A stretch of DNA of 64,000 nucleotides from Phreatobacter sp. (GTDB taxonomy: Bacteria > Pseudomonadota > Alphaproteobacteria > Rhizobiales > Phreatobacteraceae), in assembly GCA_965284145.1 (NCBI GenBank), contig CBDIRH010000003.1, forward strand, positions 569,502 through 633,501. Reading direction: 5' to 3'. This document shows, in pieces, positions 20,776-30,372 of this stretch. Position 1 is the stretch's first letter. Each line of letters opens with the position of its first letter. The position numbers and the translations under genes were made by a program. A model generated the notes under the pieces. That model did no database searches. It had not been told where the DNA came from and saw nothing but the letters and a program-made list of their open reading frames with translations.

Positions 20776-22326
20776 TCAGGACCGGTCGCGGATGAGCGCG
20801 CGCAGGCCCTGGGAGACGCCGGGCTTGCGCGACGGTTCGCGCCCGACGGCACCGGCGGCGAGAGCAGCTGCTCCGAGAGTCTGCGGCGCGGCCGGCTGGC
20901 GCGGCTCACGCTGCTCGGTGCGGACGCGCGGTGCAGCCGGGGCGGAAACCGCCACGGGCGTTCCAGCGGGGTCGGCGGCCGACATCACCTCGGCGCGAAC
21001 CGGACGCGGCGGCGAGAACAGGGCGCCCTGCGCCAGCTTCACGTCGTAGTCGAGCAGGTCGACCACAACCGATTCCGTCTCGACCCCCTCGACCACCAGA
21101 TCGATGCCGTAGCGGGCGAAGAGACCCGACAGATCGGCCACGTGGATCGCGGCGCCGGTATCCGCCGCGCGGGCGATCATCAGCGGCGCCGGCACCTTGA
21201 TGAGACGGACACCCTTGTCGGCGAGGTCACGCGGCTCGATGCGGAGATCGCGGACGCCGTCCATGGCGAAGCGGAAGCCCTTGTCCGAGAGCAGACGAAG
21301 GGTTTCCAGGTCGAGCGGCGACATGGCCCTGACGCTTGCCTGGTCGAAGGCGAGCACGAGCGAGCCGGCAATGGCCCGCGAGGCCTCGAGATCGGCGATG
21401 AGTTCGCTCGCGAAGGCCGCGTCGGCAAGCGCCGCGCCGGACACATCGCAGACAAGGCTCACATCCCGGTTGCGCGCGGTGAGCCGGCGGACGATCTGGA
21501 TGCAGCGGCCGATCACCTCGCTGTCGAGGGCGGGCATCAGGCCGGCATCGTCGGCAAGGGAGCGGTAGTCGTCGGCCAGCAGAACCTGGCCCTCGGCCGT
21601 GCGCAGTCGCACCGAGGCCTGGTAGGAGCGCACCTTGCGCTGCGGCAGCGTCACGATGGGCTGGAGGAAGATCTCGTAGCGCTTGGCGGAGATCGATTCG
21701 TCGATGATGGCGATGGCGTCGGTGCGTGCAAGACCGGCGAATATCTCGGGAAGGTCGGGATCCGACATCTGCGGCGGAGGCGACCGCCGGAGCGCCGCGG
21801 CCTGCCGTTGCAGGACCTGGACCGGGGGCGGCGGAGGAGCGACCTCGGGCTGTGCAAGCGGGGCGGCGGGCTGTACGACCTGGGCCGCTGGCGGCTGCAA
21901 GGCCTCCGGCGCATGCTGCCGGGCCGTCGCCTGGACGATCGCCGCCTCATGGACCTGCAAGGTCTCGGCGAACTGCTTCACCAGGGCGCCGAGTTCGCCG
22001 ATCTCCTCGGCAATCGGCTCGGTCGCCGTCCGCGCCTGGTCGAGGGCAACGGTCTCGAAGCGCTCGACGCGCTGGGCCAGGGCAGCGAGATCGCGGGTGA
22101 CATCGGCCGAGGCACGGGTCAGCTCGGCGAAGCGCAGGTCCGCCGCTGTCTTGTCGGCGGCGAGCTGGGCGCCGAAATGGCCGATGACCATGGCGAGAAG
22201 CAGCGCAAAGCCGATCGCCGCGGCAGCGCCGGCCTCCACCGCGCCGAGCGTGAAGGCAAGGACGGATGCCGAGACGGCGATCGCCACCATGCAGAGCGCG
22301 ACGAAGAAGGAACCCGAGCGGGGCAT
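20776..22326 (-). CDS. Membrane-anchored degenerate EAL domain protein (TipF-like)
   Basis: Two N-terminal TMs, a coiled coil and a Pro-rich linker, then LQPIVTLPQRKVRSYQASVRL, FAMDG, VEGVE and AQGALF. Confidence 0.8.
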   Translation of the reverse strand: MPRSGSFFVALCMVAIAVSASVLAFTLGAVEAGAAAAIGFALLLAMVIGHFGAQLAADKTAADLRFAELTRASADVTRDLAALAQRVERFETVALDQARTATEPIAEEIGELGALVKQFAETLQVHEAAIVQATARQHAPEALQPPAAQVVQPAAPLAQPEVAPPPPPVQVLQRQAAALRRSPPPQMSDPDLPEIFAGLARTDAIAIIDESISAKRYEIFLQPIVTLPQRKVRSYQASVRLRTAEGQVLLADDYRSLADDAGLMPALDSEVIGRCIQIVRRLTARNRDVSLVCDVSGAALADAAFASELIADLEASRAIAGSLVLAFDQASVRAMSPLDLETLRLLSDKGFRFAMDGVRDLRIEPRDLADKGVRLIKVPAPLMIARAADTGAAIHVADLSGLFARYGIDLVVEGVETESVVVDLLDYDVKLAQGALFSPPRPVRAEVMSAADPAGTPVAVSAPAAPRVRTEQREPRQPAAPQTLGAAALAAGAVGREPSRKPGVSQGLRALIRDRS

Positions 22327-22552
22327 GTTGGGCCGAATGTGATCCGCTGACACCTGTGGAGCCGGCAGAATGCAACGGGCGTCGCTGATTCGTCTCGCTT
22401 TCCGGAAGCAATCGCCGGAGGCGCGCGGCTTCCCCACAGAAGGATGAGCGGGAGCGACACGCCGCCGCCGCCCCGCGTCGACATCTCCGCCAATGGTCCT
22501 ATTGCATCGCAACATGAGGCACCGGATTGTCATCGCCCCCAAGGAGGCTGCC

Positions 22553-23005
22553 ATGGCGATCCGTTCCCTTCGTTCCCTGGCCTATGAGGACCTGTCCGTC
22601 GGCCTGTCGGAGCTGGTCATGAAGACCGTCACCGACCAGGACGTGGTTGGTTTTGCCGATATTTCCGGCGACCAGAATCCCATTCACCTGTGTGACCTCT
22701 ACGCCGCGAAGACGCGCTTCGGACAGCGCATCGCCCATGGCCTGTACACCGCCAGCCTGATCTCGGCGGTCATCGGCACGCGCCTGCCGGGTCCGGGTGC
22801 CGTCTATCTGTCGCAGACGCTGAACTTCAAGGCGCCGGTCCGGATCGGCGACGTGGTGCGCGTGCATGTCGAGGTGGCCGAACTGATCGAGGCCCGCCAG
22901 CGTGCCCGGCTCGTCTGCGAATGCGCGGTGGACGCCACCGTGGTGCTCGAGGGCGAGGCGTGGGTGCGGGTGCCGTCCCGCGCAGAGCTCGAGGCGGCGG
23001 CCTGA
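22553..23005 (+). CDS. MaoC-family (R)-specific enoyl-CoA hydratase
   Basis: AAGGAGG SD; FADISGDQNPIH, RIAHG and LPGPGAVYLSQTLNF. Confidence 0.9.
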   Translation: MAIRSLRSLAYEDLSVGLSELVMKTVTDQDVVGFADISGDQNPIHLCDLYAAKTRFGQRIAHGLYTASLISAVIGTRLPGPGAVYLSQTLNFKAPVRIGDVVRVHVEVAELIEARQRARLVCECAVDATVVLEGEAWVRVPSRAELEAAA

Positions 23006-23086
23006 ACCGAACGGCGCTTGACGGCTCCGGCGGCGGTCGGCAGGGTCCGCGCCCACGCCATCGACCCTGACAAGCCCCGATCCGCC

Positions 23087-24052
23087 ATGCCTCTCATCAT
23101 GCCGCCGCCAAGGCCGCCGGCTTCCTTTCCGGTGATCGGACGATCCGGTGACCTTCCGGTGCGCCTGCGCGATGGCGTGGTTGCCATCGGCAACTTCGAC
23201 GGCGTCCACCGTGGCCACAAGCACGTGGTCGGCGCGGCACGGGCCACTGCGGCGGAGACGGGACGCCCGAGCCTGGTGCTGACGTTCGAGCCGCATCCAA
23301 GGAGCTTCTTCCAGCCGGACGCACCGCTCTTCCGGCTCGGAGACGCGGCCTCCAAGGTTCGCCTGCTGGCGGCGGAGCGGATCGACGGCGTCGCGCTCCT
23401 GCCTTTCGATGCGGAGCTCGCGGCTATGCCCGCCGGCGATTTCGTCGATCGCATCCTCGTCGACTGGCTGGGCGTGACCCATGTCGTCGTCGGGCGCGAC
23501 TTCAACTACGGATCGAAGCGCAGCGGCAATGCCACGACCCTCGCTGAAGCGGGGCGCAGGCAAGGCTTCGGGGTGACCCAGATCGAGGCCCTGTCCGGCC
23601 CGCACGGCGCCATCTCGTCCTCGGCGGTCCGCGAGGCTCTGGCGGACGGAAGGGTCGAGGTGGCCAACGACCTTCTCGGCCATGCATGGTTCGTCACCGC
23701 GCCAGTGATCCACGGCGAGAAGCGCGGCCGCGAGCTCGGCTATCCCACCGCCAACCTGCGGCTCGACCCGGCCTGCGGCCTGCGTCACGGAATCTATGCG
23801 GTCCGCGCCGGGATCGGCGGCCGCTGGCACGACGCGGTGGCGAGCTTCGGCCGGCGGCCGACCTTCGACAACGGCGCACCCCTGCTCGAGGTGCATGTGT
23901 TCGACATCAGGCAGGATCTCTACGGCCAGGAGATGGATGTCGCCTTCGCAGCCTTCCTGCGACCGGAAGAGAAATTCTCGTCACTCGAAGCCCTCATCGT
24001 GCAGATGGACGAGGACAGCCGGCGGGCACGGGAACTGCTTGCAGAGGCCTGA
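23087..24052 (+). CDS. ribF: Bifunctional riboflavin kinase/FAD synthetase
   Basis: IGNFDGVHRGH, TFEPHP, ISSSAVR, GRELGYPTAN and LEVH. Start uncertain. Confidence 0.95.
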   Translation: MPLIMPPPRPPASFPVIGRSGDLPVRLRDGVVAIGNFDGVHRGHKHVVGAARATAAETGRPSLVLTFEPHPRSFFQPDAPLFRLGDAASKVRLLAAERIDGVALLPFDAELAAMPAGDFVDRILVDWLGVTHVVVGRDFNYGSKRSGNATTLAEAGRRQGFGVTQIEALSGPHGAISSSAVREALADGRVEVANDLLGHAWFVTAPVIHGEKRGRELGYPTANLRLDPACGLRHGIYAVRAGIGGRWHDAVASFGRRPTFDNGAPLLEVHVFDIRQDLYGQEMDVAFAAFLRPEEKFSSLEALIVQMDEDSRRARELLAEA

Positions 24053-24064
24053 TTCAGGGCTTCT

Positions 24065-24092
24065 GCTGTGGTTTTCGGCCGAAAACCACAGC
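24065..24092. repeat. Perfect 28-bp palindrome, possible terminator after ribF
   Basis: GCTGTGGTTTTCGG|CCGAAAACCACAGC. Confidence 0.75.
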
Positions 24093-24174
24093 GCAGCGGC
24101 GCGCGATTGGCACATTATTAACCGTTTTCGGGATGTAGTTCTGTGAGCAAACCGCTCACAGGACAGCCTCCCCC

Positions 24175-25884
24175 ATGCTCTCCCGTCTTCCCCGCTTCAA
24201 GATCGGCGGCAAGTCCGTCGCCTTCGTCATCCTGTTGCTCGCCGCGACCGCGGCGATCACGGTCGTCGCCGGATGGTCCCTGATCCAGTCCCGCAACAAC
24301 GAGACCGCCCTGCGCGACGCGCAGACGAACCTGCGGACCCTCGCCGTGCTCTTCGCCATGACCCATCCGGAGGCCCGCATCAGCCAGGCCGGCGAGCGGC
24401 TTGCGGACGCGCGCACGACCGCGATGCCGGCCTTCTCGGACCACAGCATCGTCGACCGGACCGTCCAGGCCGTCGGCGGCGTGGCGACGATCTTCGTCAC
24501 CGACGACAAGGGCATCTTCGTCCGGCGGACGACGAACCTGAAGAAGGAGAATGGCGACCGCGCCGTCGGCACCGCGCTGGCGCCCGAGCATCCCGCCCAG
24601 ACGCCCCTGAAGGCGGCCCAGCCCTACTACGGGCCGGCCATGCTGTTCGGGCGGTCCTTCTACACCGCCTATCACCCGGTCCTCGATTCCGCCGGCAAGG
24701 TGATCGGCGTCCTGTTCATCGGCATTCCGACGGAGCAGCTCCACGCCCAGGCCCGCCAGACCGTCATCGCCATGATCGGCGCACTGGCGCTCATCGTCCT
24801 GCTGCTCGGATTGGTCGCGGCCTTCGTCGTCCGCCGGGCGGTCCGTCCCCTGGTCGCGGCGACCGCCTCGCTCGAGCGGGTTGCGGCCGGCGACCTCGAT
24901 ACCCCCATCACAGCCAATGGCCGCCACGACGAGATCGGCGACCTGACGCGCGCTCTCGTGGTGCTTCGCGACAATGCCCGCACGGCCAAGGCTGCCGAGG
25001 CCGAACGGCTGGGCGAGGCCGAAGAGCGCGCGGCGCGCGGCCGCCGGCTCGAGGCCGCCATCGTCGGTTATGAGAAGACCATGGCCGAGCGCATGGGCGA
25101 GGCCAATGACGCTGTGCGCCACCTCGACACCAGCGCCGGCGCCCTCACCTCCACGGCCCAGGCCGTGATGGCCAAGGTGGGCAATGCGTCGGGTGCGACC
25201 GACGAAGCGACATCCAACATGAACGCGGTCGCCAGCGCCGCCCACCAGCTCGCCGCCTCGATCACCGAGATCGGCCGCCAGGTCACGGCCTCCTCGGAGG
25301 TCGCCGGTCGCGCCGTTCGCGAGGCCGGGGATACCGGATCGCGCGTCGCCGAGCTGGATGACGCCGCCCGCAAGATCGGTGAGGTGATCAGCCTGATCAC
25401 CGCGGTCGCCGAGCAGACCAACCTGCTGGCGCTCAACGCGACCATCGAGGCGGCGCGCGCGGGCGAGGCCGGCAAGGGCTTCGCCGTCGTCGCCGCCGAG
25501 GTGAAGCAGCTGGCCGGCCAGACCGCCAAGGCGACCGACGAGATCGCCACCCAGGTCAACCGCATGCAGTCGGCGACCAGCGCGACGGTGCAGGCCATCG
25601 GCGCCATCACCGAGACCATCGGTTCGATGGACCATATCACCACCGCCATTGCGGCCGCGGTGGACGAGCAACAGGCCTCGACCGCCGAGATTTCGCGCGC
25701 CATCTCCGAGGCGAACGGCCAGGTCGACCTCGCCCGCCACGCCATCCGCGATGTCACCGACGCTGCCGGACGGTCCGACCAGTCGGCGCGGGAAGTGGGC
25801 GAGGCGAGCCAGCGCCTTGCGGGTTGCTCCAGCCGCATCGACGAGGCGCTGAAGGCCTTCGTCGCCGAGGTGCGCGCCGCCTGA
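24175..25884 (+). CDS. Methyl-accepting chemotaxis protein (Cache_3-Cache_2 type sensor, HAMP)
   Basis: Two TMs; sensor motif [17 protein letters not shown]; HAMP DEIGDL; signalling hairpin [27 protein letters not shown]. Confidence 0.95.
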   Translation: MLSRLPRFKIGGKSVAFVILLLAATAAITVVAGWSLIQSRNNETALRDAQTNLRTLAVLFAMTHPEARISQAGERLADARTTAMPAFSDHSIVDRTVQAVGGVATIFVTDDKGIFVRRTTNLKKENGDRAVGTALAPEHPAQTPLKAAQPYYGPAMLFGRSFYTAYHPVLDSAGKVIGVLFIGIPTEQLHAQARQTVIAMIGALALIVLLLGLVAAFVVRRAVRPLVAATASLERVAAGDLDTPITANGRHDEIGDLTRALVVLRDNARTAKAAEAERLGEAEERAARGRRLEAAIVGYEKTMAERMGEANDAVRHLDTSAGALTSTAQAVMAKVGNASGATDEATSNMNAVASAAHQLAASITEIGRQVTASSEVAGRAVREAGDTGSRVAELDDAARKIGEVISLITAVAEQTNLLALNATIEAARAGEAGKGFAVVAAEVKQLAGQTAKATDEIATQVNRMQSATSATVQAIGAITETIGSMDHITTAIAAAVDEQQASTAEISRAISEANGQVDLARHAIRDVTDAAGRSDQSAREVGEASQRLAGCSSRIDEALKAFVAEVRAA

Positions 25885-25976
25885 TCAGGCAGGCGAATGA
25901 GCGCGACAATCAACGATCATTGGACCGGCCGGGACGATCGCCTATCGTTCCGGCCGATCCATTCGGGAGATGCCGC

Positions 25977-26621
25977 ATGTATGTTCCGCCACTCTTCGCC
26001 ATGGGCGAGGACGATGAGGTTCTCGCCTTCTGCGCCGCTCATCCCTTCGCGGCACTGGTGACCCAGGGATCGAGCGGGCTCTACGCCACGCACCTGCCGG
26101 TCATCCTCAAGCGAGCCCCCTCCGGCGAGGCATCGTTCTTCGGACACCTCGCCCGGGCCAATCCGCACTGGCAGAACACTGCGGCCGGCTCCGAGGCCCT
26201 GCTGATCTTCACAGGGCCACAGGCCTATGTGACCCCGTCCTGGTATGCGACCAAGAAGGAGACCGCGAAGGTCGTGCCGACCTGGAACTATGCGGCCGTC
26301 CATGTCCGCGGCCATGTCAGCTGGCCGGCCGATGCCGATTTCCTGCGCCAGAACCTCGCCGATCTCACCGACCGCCACGAGGCAGGCCGCGACCATCCCT
26401 GGGCGCTGACCGACGCTCCCGACAGTTTCGTCGCGATGCAGATGCGCGCGATCGTCGGCATGCAATTCGTGGTCGCCTCGTTCGATGCGAAGCTGAAGAT
26501 GAGCCAGAATCGCCCGGCGGTGGATGTCGATGGCGTCGTCGCCGGACTTTCGGCGTCTGAAGATCCGATGGACCAGGCCGTCGCGCGCTGCGTCGCGGAC
26601 ATCCGCGACAGCCGCTCCTAG
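25977..26621 (+). CDS. PaiB-family FMN-binding protein
   Basis: MYVP, ATHLP, GHLARANPH, YVTPSWY, VPTWNY and KMSQNR. Confidence 0.9.
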   Translation: MYVPPLFAMGEDDEVLAFCAAHPFAALVTQGSSGLYATHLPVILKRAPSGEASFFGHLARANPHWQNTAAGSEALLIFTGPQAYVTPSWYATKKETAKVVPTWNYAAVHVRGHVSWPADADFLRQNLADLTDRHEAGRDHPWALTDAPDSFVAMQMRAIVGMQFVVASFDAKLKMSQNRPAVDVDGVVAGLSASEDPMDQAVARCVADIRDSRS

Positions 26622-27559
26622 AACAGCGCCCGGACGGCTGCGGCGGCCATCAGGCCGGCAAGAAAGATCAGGCCGGCGTCGCGATTGGACTTGAACAGCC
26701 TGAGGCAGAGGTCCGGATCGGCAATGTCGAGGGTCCGGACCTGCCAGGCGAGGTGCGCCGCGAAGGCCGCAAGCCCGAGATAGGCGAGGGCCGGCGCCCC
26801 AAGCGTCCACATTGCGGCCGCGAGGACAGCGGCGGCCGCGCCATAGAACAGCGACAGGAAGAGCGGCGTGCGCTCCCCGAAGAGGAGCGCCGTGGAGCGG
26901 ACGCCGACGATGGCGTCATCCTCGCGGTCCTGATGGGCATAGATGGTGTCGTAGCCGATGACCCAGAGGATCGATCCGGCATAGAGCAGCAGGGCCGGGG
27001 CAGCGAGGTTGCCGAAGGCCGCGGCCCAGCCCATCAGCGCGCCCCAGGAGAAGGCGAGGCCCAGCACGGACTGGGGCCACGAGGTGATGCGCTTCATGAA
27101 GGGGTAGATGGCGACGACGCCGAGGGAGGCGAGGCCAACAAGCCAGGCGAAGGGTTTCGCCAGCGCGAGCAGCACGAGCGCACCAACCACCACCTGCGCA
27201 AGGAGAAAGAGCTTGGCCTGACGGCCGGTGACCTGCCCCGATGGCAGCGGGCGCGAACGGGTCCGCTCCACCAGAGCGTCGATGTCGCGGTCGACGAGAT
27301 CGTTGTAGGTGCAGCCGGCACCGCGCATGGCCACGGCGCCGATGGCGAAGAGCAGCATGTGCCAGAGGTTGGGGAGCGGCTGGCCAGCAGCGATCGCGGC
27401 GAAGGCGGCCGACCACCAGCAGGGAAGCAGCAGGAGCCATGAGCCAATGGGTCGGTCGGCCCGTGCGAGTCGGAGATAGGGCCGCCACGCCGGCGGGGCG
27501 TGCTCGTCCACCCAGGAGCCGCGAACGGCATCGGCGACCCGTCCGTCAGCGGCGGTCAT
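26618..27559 (-). CDS. ubiA: 4-hydroxybenzoate octaprenyltransferase
   Basis: RADRPIG, NDLVDRDID, RTRSRPLPSG and YDTIYAHQD. Confidence 0.95.
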   Translation of the reverse strand: MTAADGRVADAVRGSWVDEHAPPAWRPYLRLARADRPIGSWLLLLPCWWSAAFAAIAAGQPLPNLWHMLLFAIGAVAMRGAGCTYNDLVDRDIDALVERTRSRPLPSGQVTGRQAKLFLLAQVVVGALVLLALAKPFAWLVGLASLGVVAIYPFMKRITSWPQSVLGLAFSWGALMGWAAAFGNLAAPALLLYAGSILWVIGYDTIYAHQDREDDAIVGVRSTALLFGERTPLFLSLFYGAAAAVLAAAMWTLGAPALAYLGLAAFAAHLAWQVRTLDIADPDLCLRLFKSNRDAGLIFLAGLMAAAAVRALF

Positions 27560-27565
27560 CGCGGC

Positions 27566-28051
27566 TCAGAGCGCGCCGGGAGTACGGAGATCGAGCTGCG
27601 GCCGGCGGCCGGCGCCGGGCGCGAAGGGGTTGGCGCCCGCGGCTTCGGCCTGGCGACGCTGGCGCTCGAGGTTGGCCACGCCATTGCACGCCTGCGTGCG
27701 GTTGCGGGTGATGTTGGCGACGCCGGTATTGACGTCGTTCACGATCTGCTCGGGCAGCCGGCAGAAATCGGCATTGTTCTGCACCCACTGCTGCAGGCGG
27801 AGAAACGAGGTCCGCGCGTTCGTCAGCAGCTGGCAGGCGCGCTGGGCATTGGCCTTGGCCTGCTCGAAGGTGGTCGGCCGACCGCGGGGCATGCTGGCCT
27901 GCGTCTGCTTCATCACCTCCTGATGGGCGGCGATCAAGGGCTGGAATTCGGACTGGCAGATCTCGTTGGCACGCGCGGCCCCAGCGGAGGCGAGAACGCC
28001 GGCCACGGCCAGTGCCAGGAATGCAGTCTTCTTCGCGTTTCGACGGTACAT
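27566..28051 (-). CDS. Secreted four-cysteine hypothetical protein
   Basis: Signal peptide ending ARA; helical pattern; four Cys; stop 6 nt before ubiA. Confidence 0.75.
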   Translation of the reverse strand: MYRRNAKKTAFLALAVAGVLASAGAARANEICQSEFQPLIAAHQEVMKQTQASMPRGRPTTFEQAKANAQRACQLLTNARTSFLRLQQWVQNNADFCRLPEQIVNDVNTGVANITRNRTQACNGVANLERQRRQAEAAGANPFAPGAGRRPQLDLRTPGAL

Positions 28052-28224
28052 CGTTCGGCCCCTGAACACGTCCGCAGAGCGAGCGAGGTTGAGTGAATGC
28101 GGCAGGTTACATATCAATCCGCCTTCATCGTGGCAATGTGACGGCCATGGGCGACGCACCGTCGGCCATGTCGCACGCCACAGGATCGCCAGCCGGCGAT
28201 CCGGCAGGAATACGGGACCGGACC

Positions 28225-28971
28225 ATGGCGGCCTACGACTTCAAGGCGATCAGGCTCTTCGTGCCGGGACCCCTTCTGGCAGGAGCGACGCTGCCGCTGG
28301 ACCGCGACCAGGCCAACTATCTCCTGAACGTGATGCGCCTCGACGACGGCGCACGCATCGCGGTCTTCGACGGCGTGAATGGCGAGTGGGCCGCCCGGAT
28401 CGTCCGGACGGGCAAGAAGGCGGTGGGTCTCATCGTCGAGGAGCTGTTGCGGCCCCAGCCCGGCACGGCCGATCTCTGGCTGCTCTTCGCGCCGCTCAAG
28501 CACGCAAGGCTCGACTATATGGTGCAGAAGGCCGTCGAGATGGGCGTGACGCGGCTCGTGCCGGTCGTGACGCGGCATACCCAGGCGTCGCGGATCAATG
28601 TCGAGCGCATGCGGGCCAATGCCATCGAAGCCGCGGAACAATGCGGGGTTCTGACGGTTGCCGAGTGCGATGACTCACAGCCGTTTGCCAAGGCACTGGC
28701 CGCACTGCCGGCCGACCGACTGCTCGTCTTCTGCGACGAGGATGCCGCCCTCGCCAATCCGGTGCAGGCGCTCCTCGCTCATGCCCCGGCCTCCCATGGC
28801 GTCGCCGTCGTCATCGGTCCCGAGGGCGGATTTGCGGAAGAGGAGCGCAGCCAGTTGTCGCGGCGGCCCAATACCGTCCCGATCTCCCTCGGACCGCGGA
28901 TCCTGCGCGCCGACACGGCGGCCGTCGCCGCCCTCGCCGTGGTGCAGGCAAGCCTCGGCGACTGGCACTGA
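28225..28971 (+). CDS. rsmE: 16S rRNA m3U1498 methyltransferase RsmE
   Basis: QKAVEMGV, EAAEQCG, IGPEGGF and LGPRILRADTA. Confidence 0.95.
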   Translation: MAAYDFKAIRLFVPGPLLAGATLPLDRDQANYLLNVMRLDDGARIAVFDGVNGEWAARIVRTGKKAVGLIVEELLRPQPGTADLWLLFAPLKHARLDYMVQKAVEMGVTRLVPVVTRHTQASRINVERMRANAIEAAEQCGVLTVAECDDSQPFAKALAALPADRLLVFCDEDAALANPVQALLAHAPASHGVAVVIGPEGGFAEEERSQLSRRPNTVPISLGPRILRADTAAVAALAVVQASLGDWH

Positions 28972-29233
28972 CCCCGCTGGCGGGACGCGACGCGACGAAC
29001 ACCCGGACGGGCCGCGATCACGCCGCAAGTCAACCAATTTAAGTTCACGCAATCTTTCAATGCGTTACGAAATCGTGGCGGTCCGTGTCCGGATCGGGCC
29101 ACATTTCTGCCCTGCGCAATGACAGCCTCTGGCGCACCGGATGCCGCCTCGTTTGGGGGAGAGGGGATCCGGGACCGAACACCCCGCGGTGCTCGGAAAT
29201 GACAGATTTTGACGATTATTCATGGAGATAATC

Positions 29234-30355
29234 ATGTCCGACACCCGCCGCTTCGGCATCGAGGAAGAGTTCTTCGTGGTCGATTCAGAAACCAAGGCCG
29301 TGATGCGCCGCATGCCGCAGGGCTTCTTCGAAGCCGCCAAGGCGCGCCTCGGCAACCGCGTGACCAGCGAGATGCTGCAGTCGCAGGTCGAGATCACCAG
29401 CTCGGTGCACACCACCACCGCCGCTGCCCGCAACGAGCTCCAGGCCATGCGCGGCATGCTCGGCGAGGTGGCTGCCGGCCATGGCCTCGCCATCCTCGCC
29501 TCAGGCACGCATCCCACGGCCATGTGGGCGACCCAGCGGGCGAGCGACGCCCCACGCTACGACAGCGTGATGCACGACCTGCAGATGCTGGGGCAACGCA
29601 ACATCGTCTGCGGCCTCCACATCCACGCCGAGTTCGACGACCTGTCGCGCCGCATCGACGTGATGGGCCGGCTGATGCCGACCATTCCGCTGATCATCGC
29701 CCTGTCGACCTCCTCGCCATTCTGGCAGTCGCGTTCGACCGGACTGATGGGCTACCGGCTCGCCGCCTATGACGAACTGCCGCGGACGGGCCTGCCCGAG
29801 ATGTTCAAGACGCAGGCCGAGTACGACGACTACGTGTCCCTGCTGGTGGAAGCGCGGATCATCGAGGATTCGAGCTATGTGTGGTGGGCCGTCCGCCCCT
29901 CCCGCAAATTCCCGACGCTCGAGCTCAGGGCGCCGGATTCCTGCACCCATCTCGACGACTCGCTCGCCATCGCGGCGCTCTACCGGTCGATGGTGCGCTA
30001 TCTGCTTCGCTATCCCGACTACCGCTCCGACCTGTCGCCGCTGTCGCGTGCGGTTGCCCAGGAGAACAAGTGGCGTGCGCAGCGCTACGGCATCCACGGC
30101 TCGTTCGTCGACGAGGAGCGGCGCGCCACAGTGTCCATCGCAGACCTGGTGCGTGAGACCGTTGCCATGCTGGAGGAGGACGCCGAGGCGCTCGGATGCT
30201 CTGAAGATCTCGCCCGGTGCCTCGACATCTGCGCCCGCGGCACCAGTGCCGACGGCCAGTTGATGGTGTGGAAGTCGGCTCTCGGTCTCGCCGAAACGCC
30301 GCATGACGCGCTCAAGGCGGTAAAGACCTGGATCGCCCACCAGACCCTGCAGTGA
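29234..30355 (+). CDS. Carboxylate-amine ligase (YbdK/GCS2 family)
   Basis: FGIEEEF, QSQVE, CGLHIH, SSPFW, WWAVRPS, TLELR and ENKWRAQRYG. Confidence 0.9.
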   Translation: MSDTRRFGIEEEFFVVDSETKAVMRRMPQGFFEAAKARLGNRVTSEMLQSQVEITSSVHTTTAAARNELQAMRGMLGEVAAGHGLAILASGTHPTAMWATQRASDAPRYDSVMHDLQMLGQRNIVCGLHIHAEFDDLSRRIDVMGRLMPTIPLIIALSTSSPFWQSRSTGLMGYRLAAYDELPRTGLPEMFKTQAEYDDYVSLLVEARIIEDSSYVWWAVRPSRKFPTLELRAPDSCTHLDDSLAIAALYRSMVRYLLRYPDYRSDLSPLSRAVAQENKWRAQRYGIHGSFVDEERRATVSIADLVRETVAMLEEDAEALGCSEDLARCLDICARGTSADGQLMVWKSALGLAETPHDALKAVKTWIAHQTLQ

Positions 30356-30372
30356 GGGCCAGGGGCAGGGCG

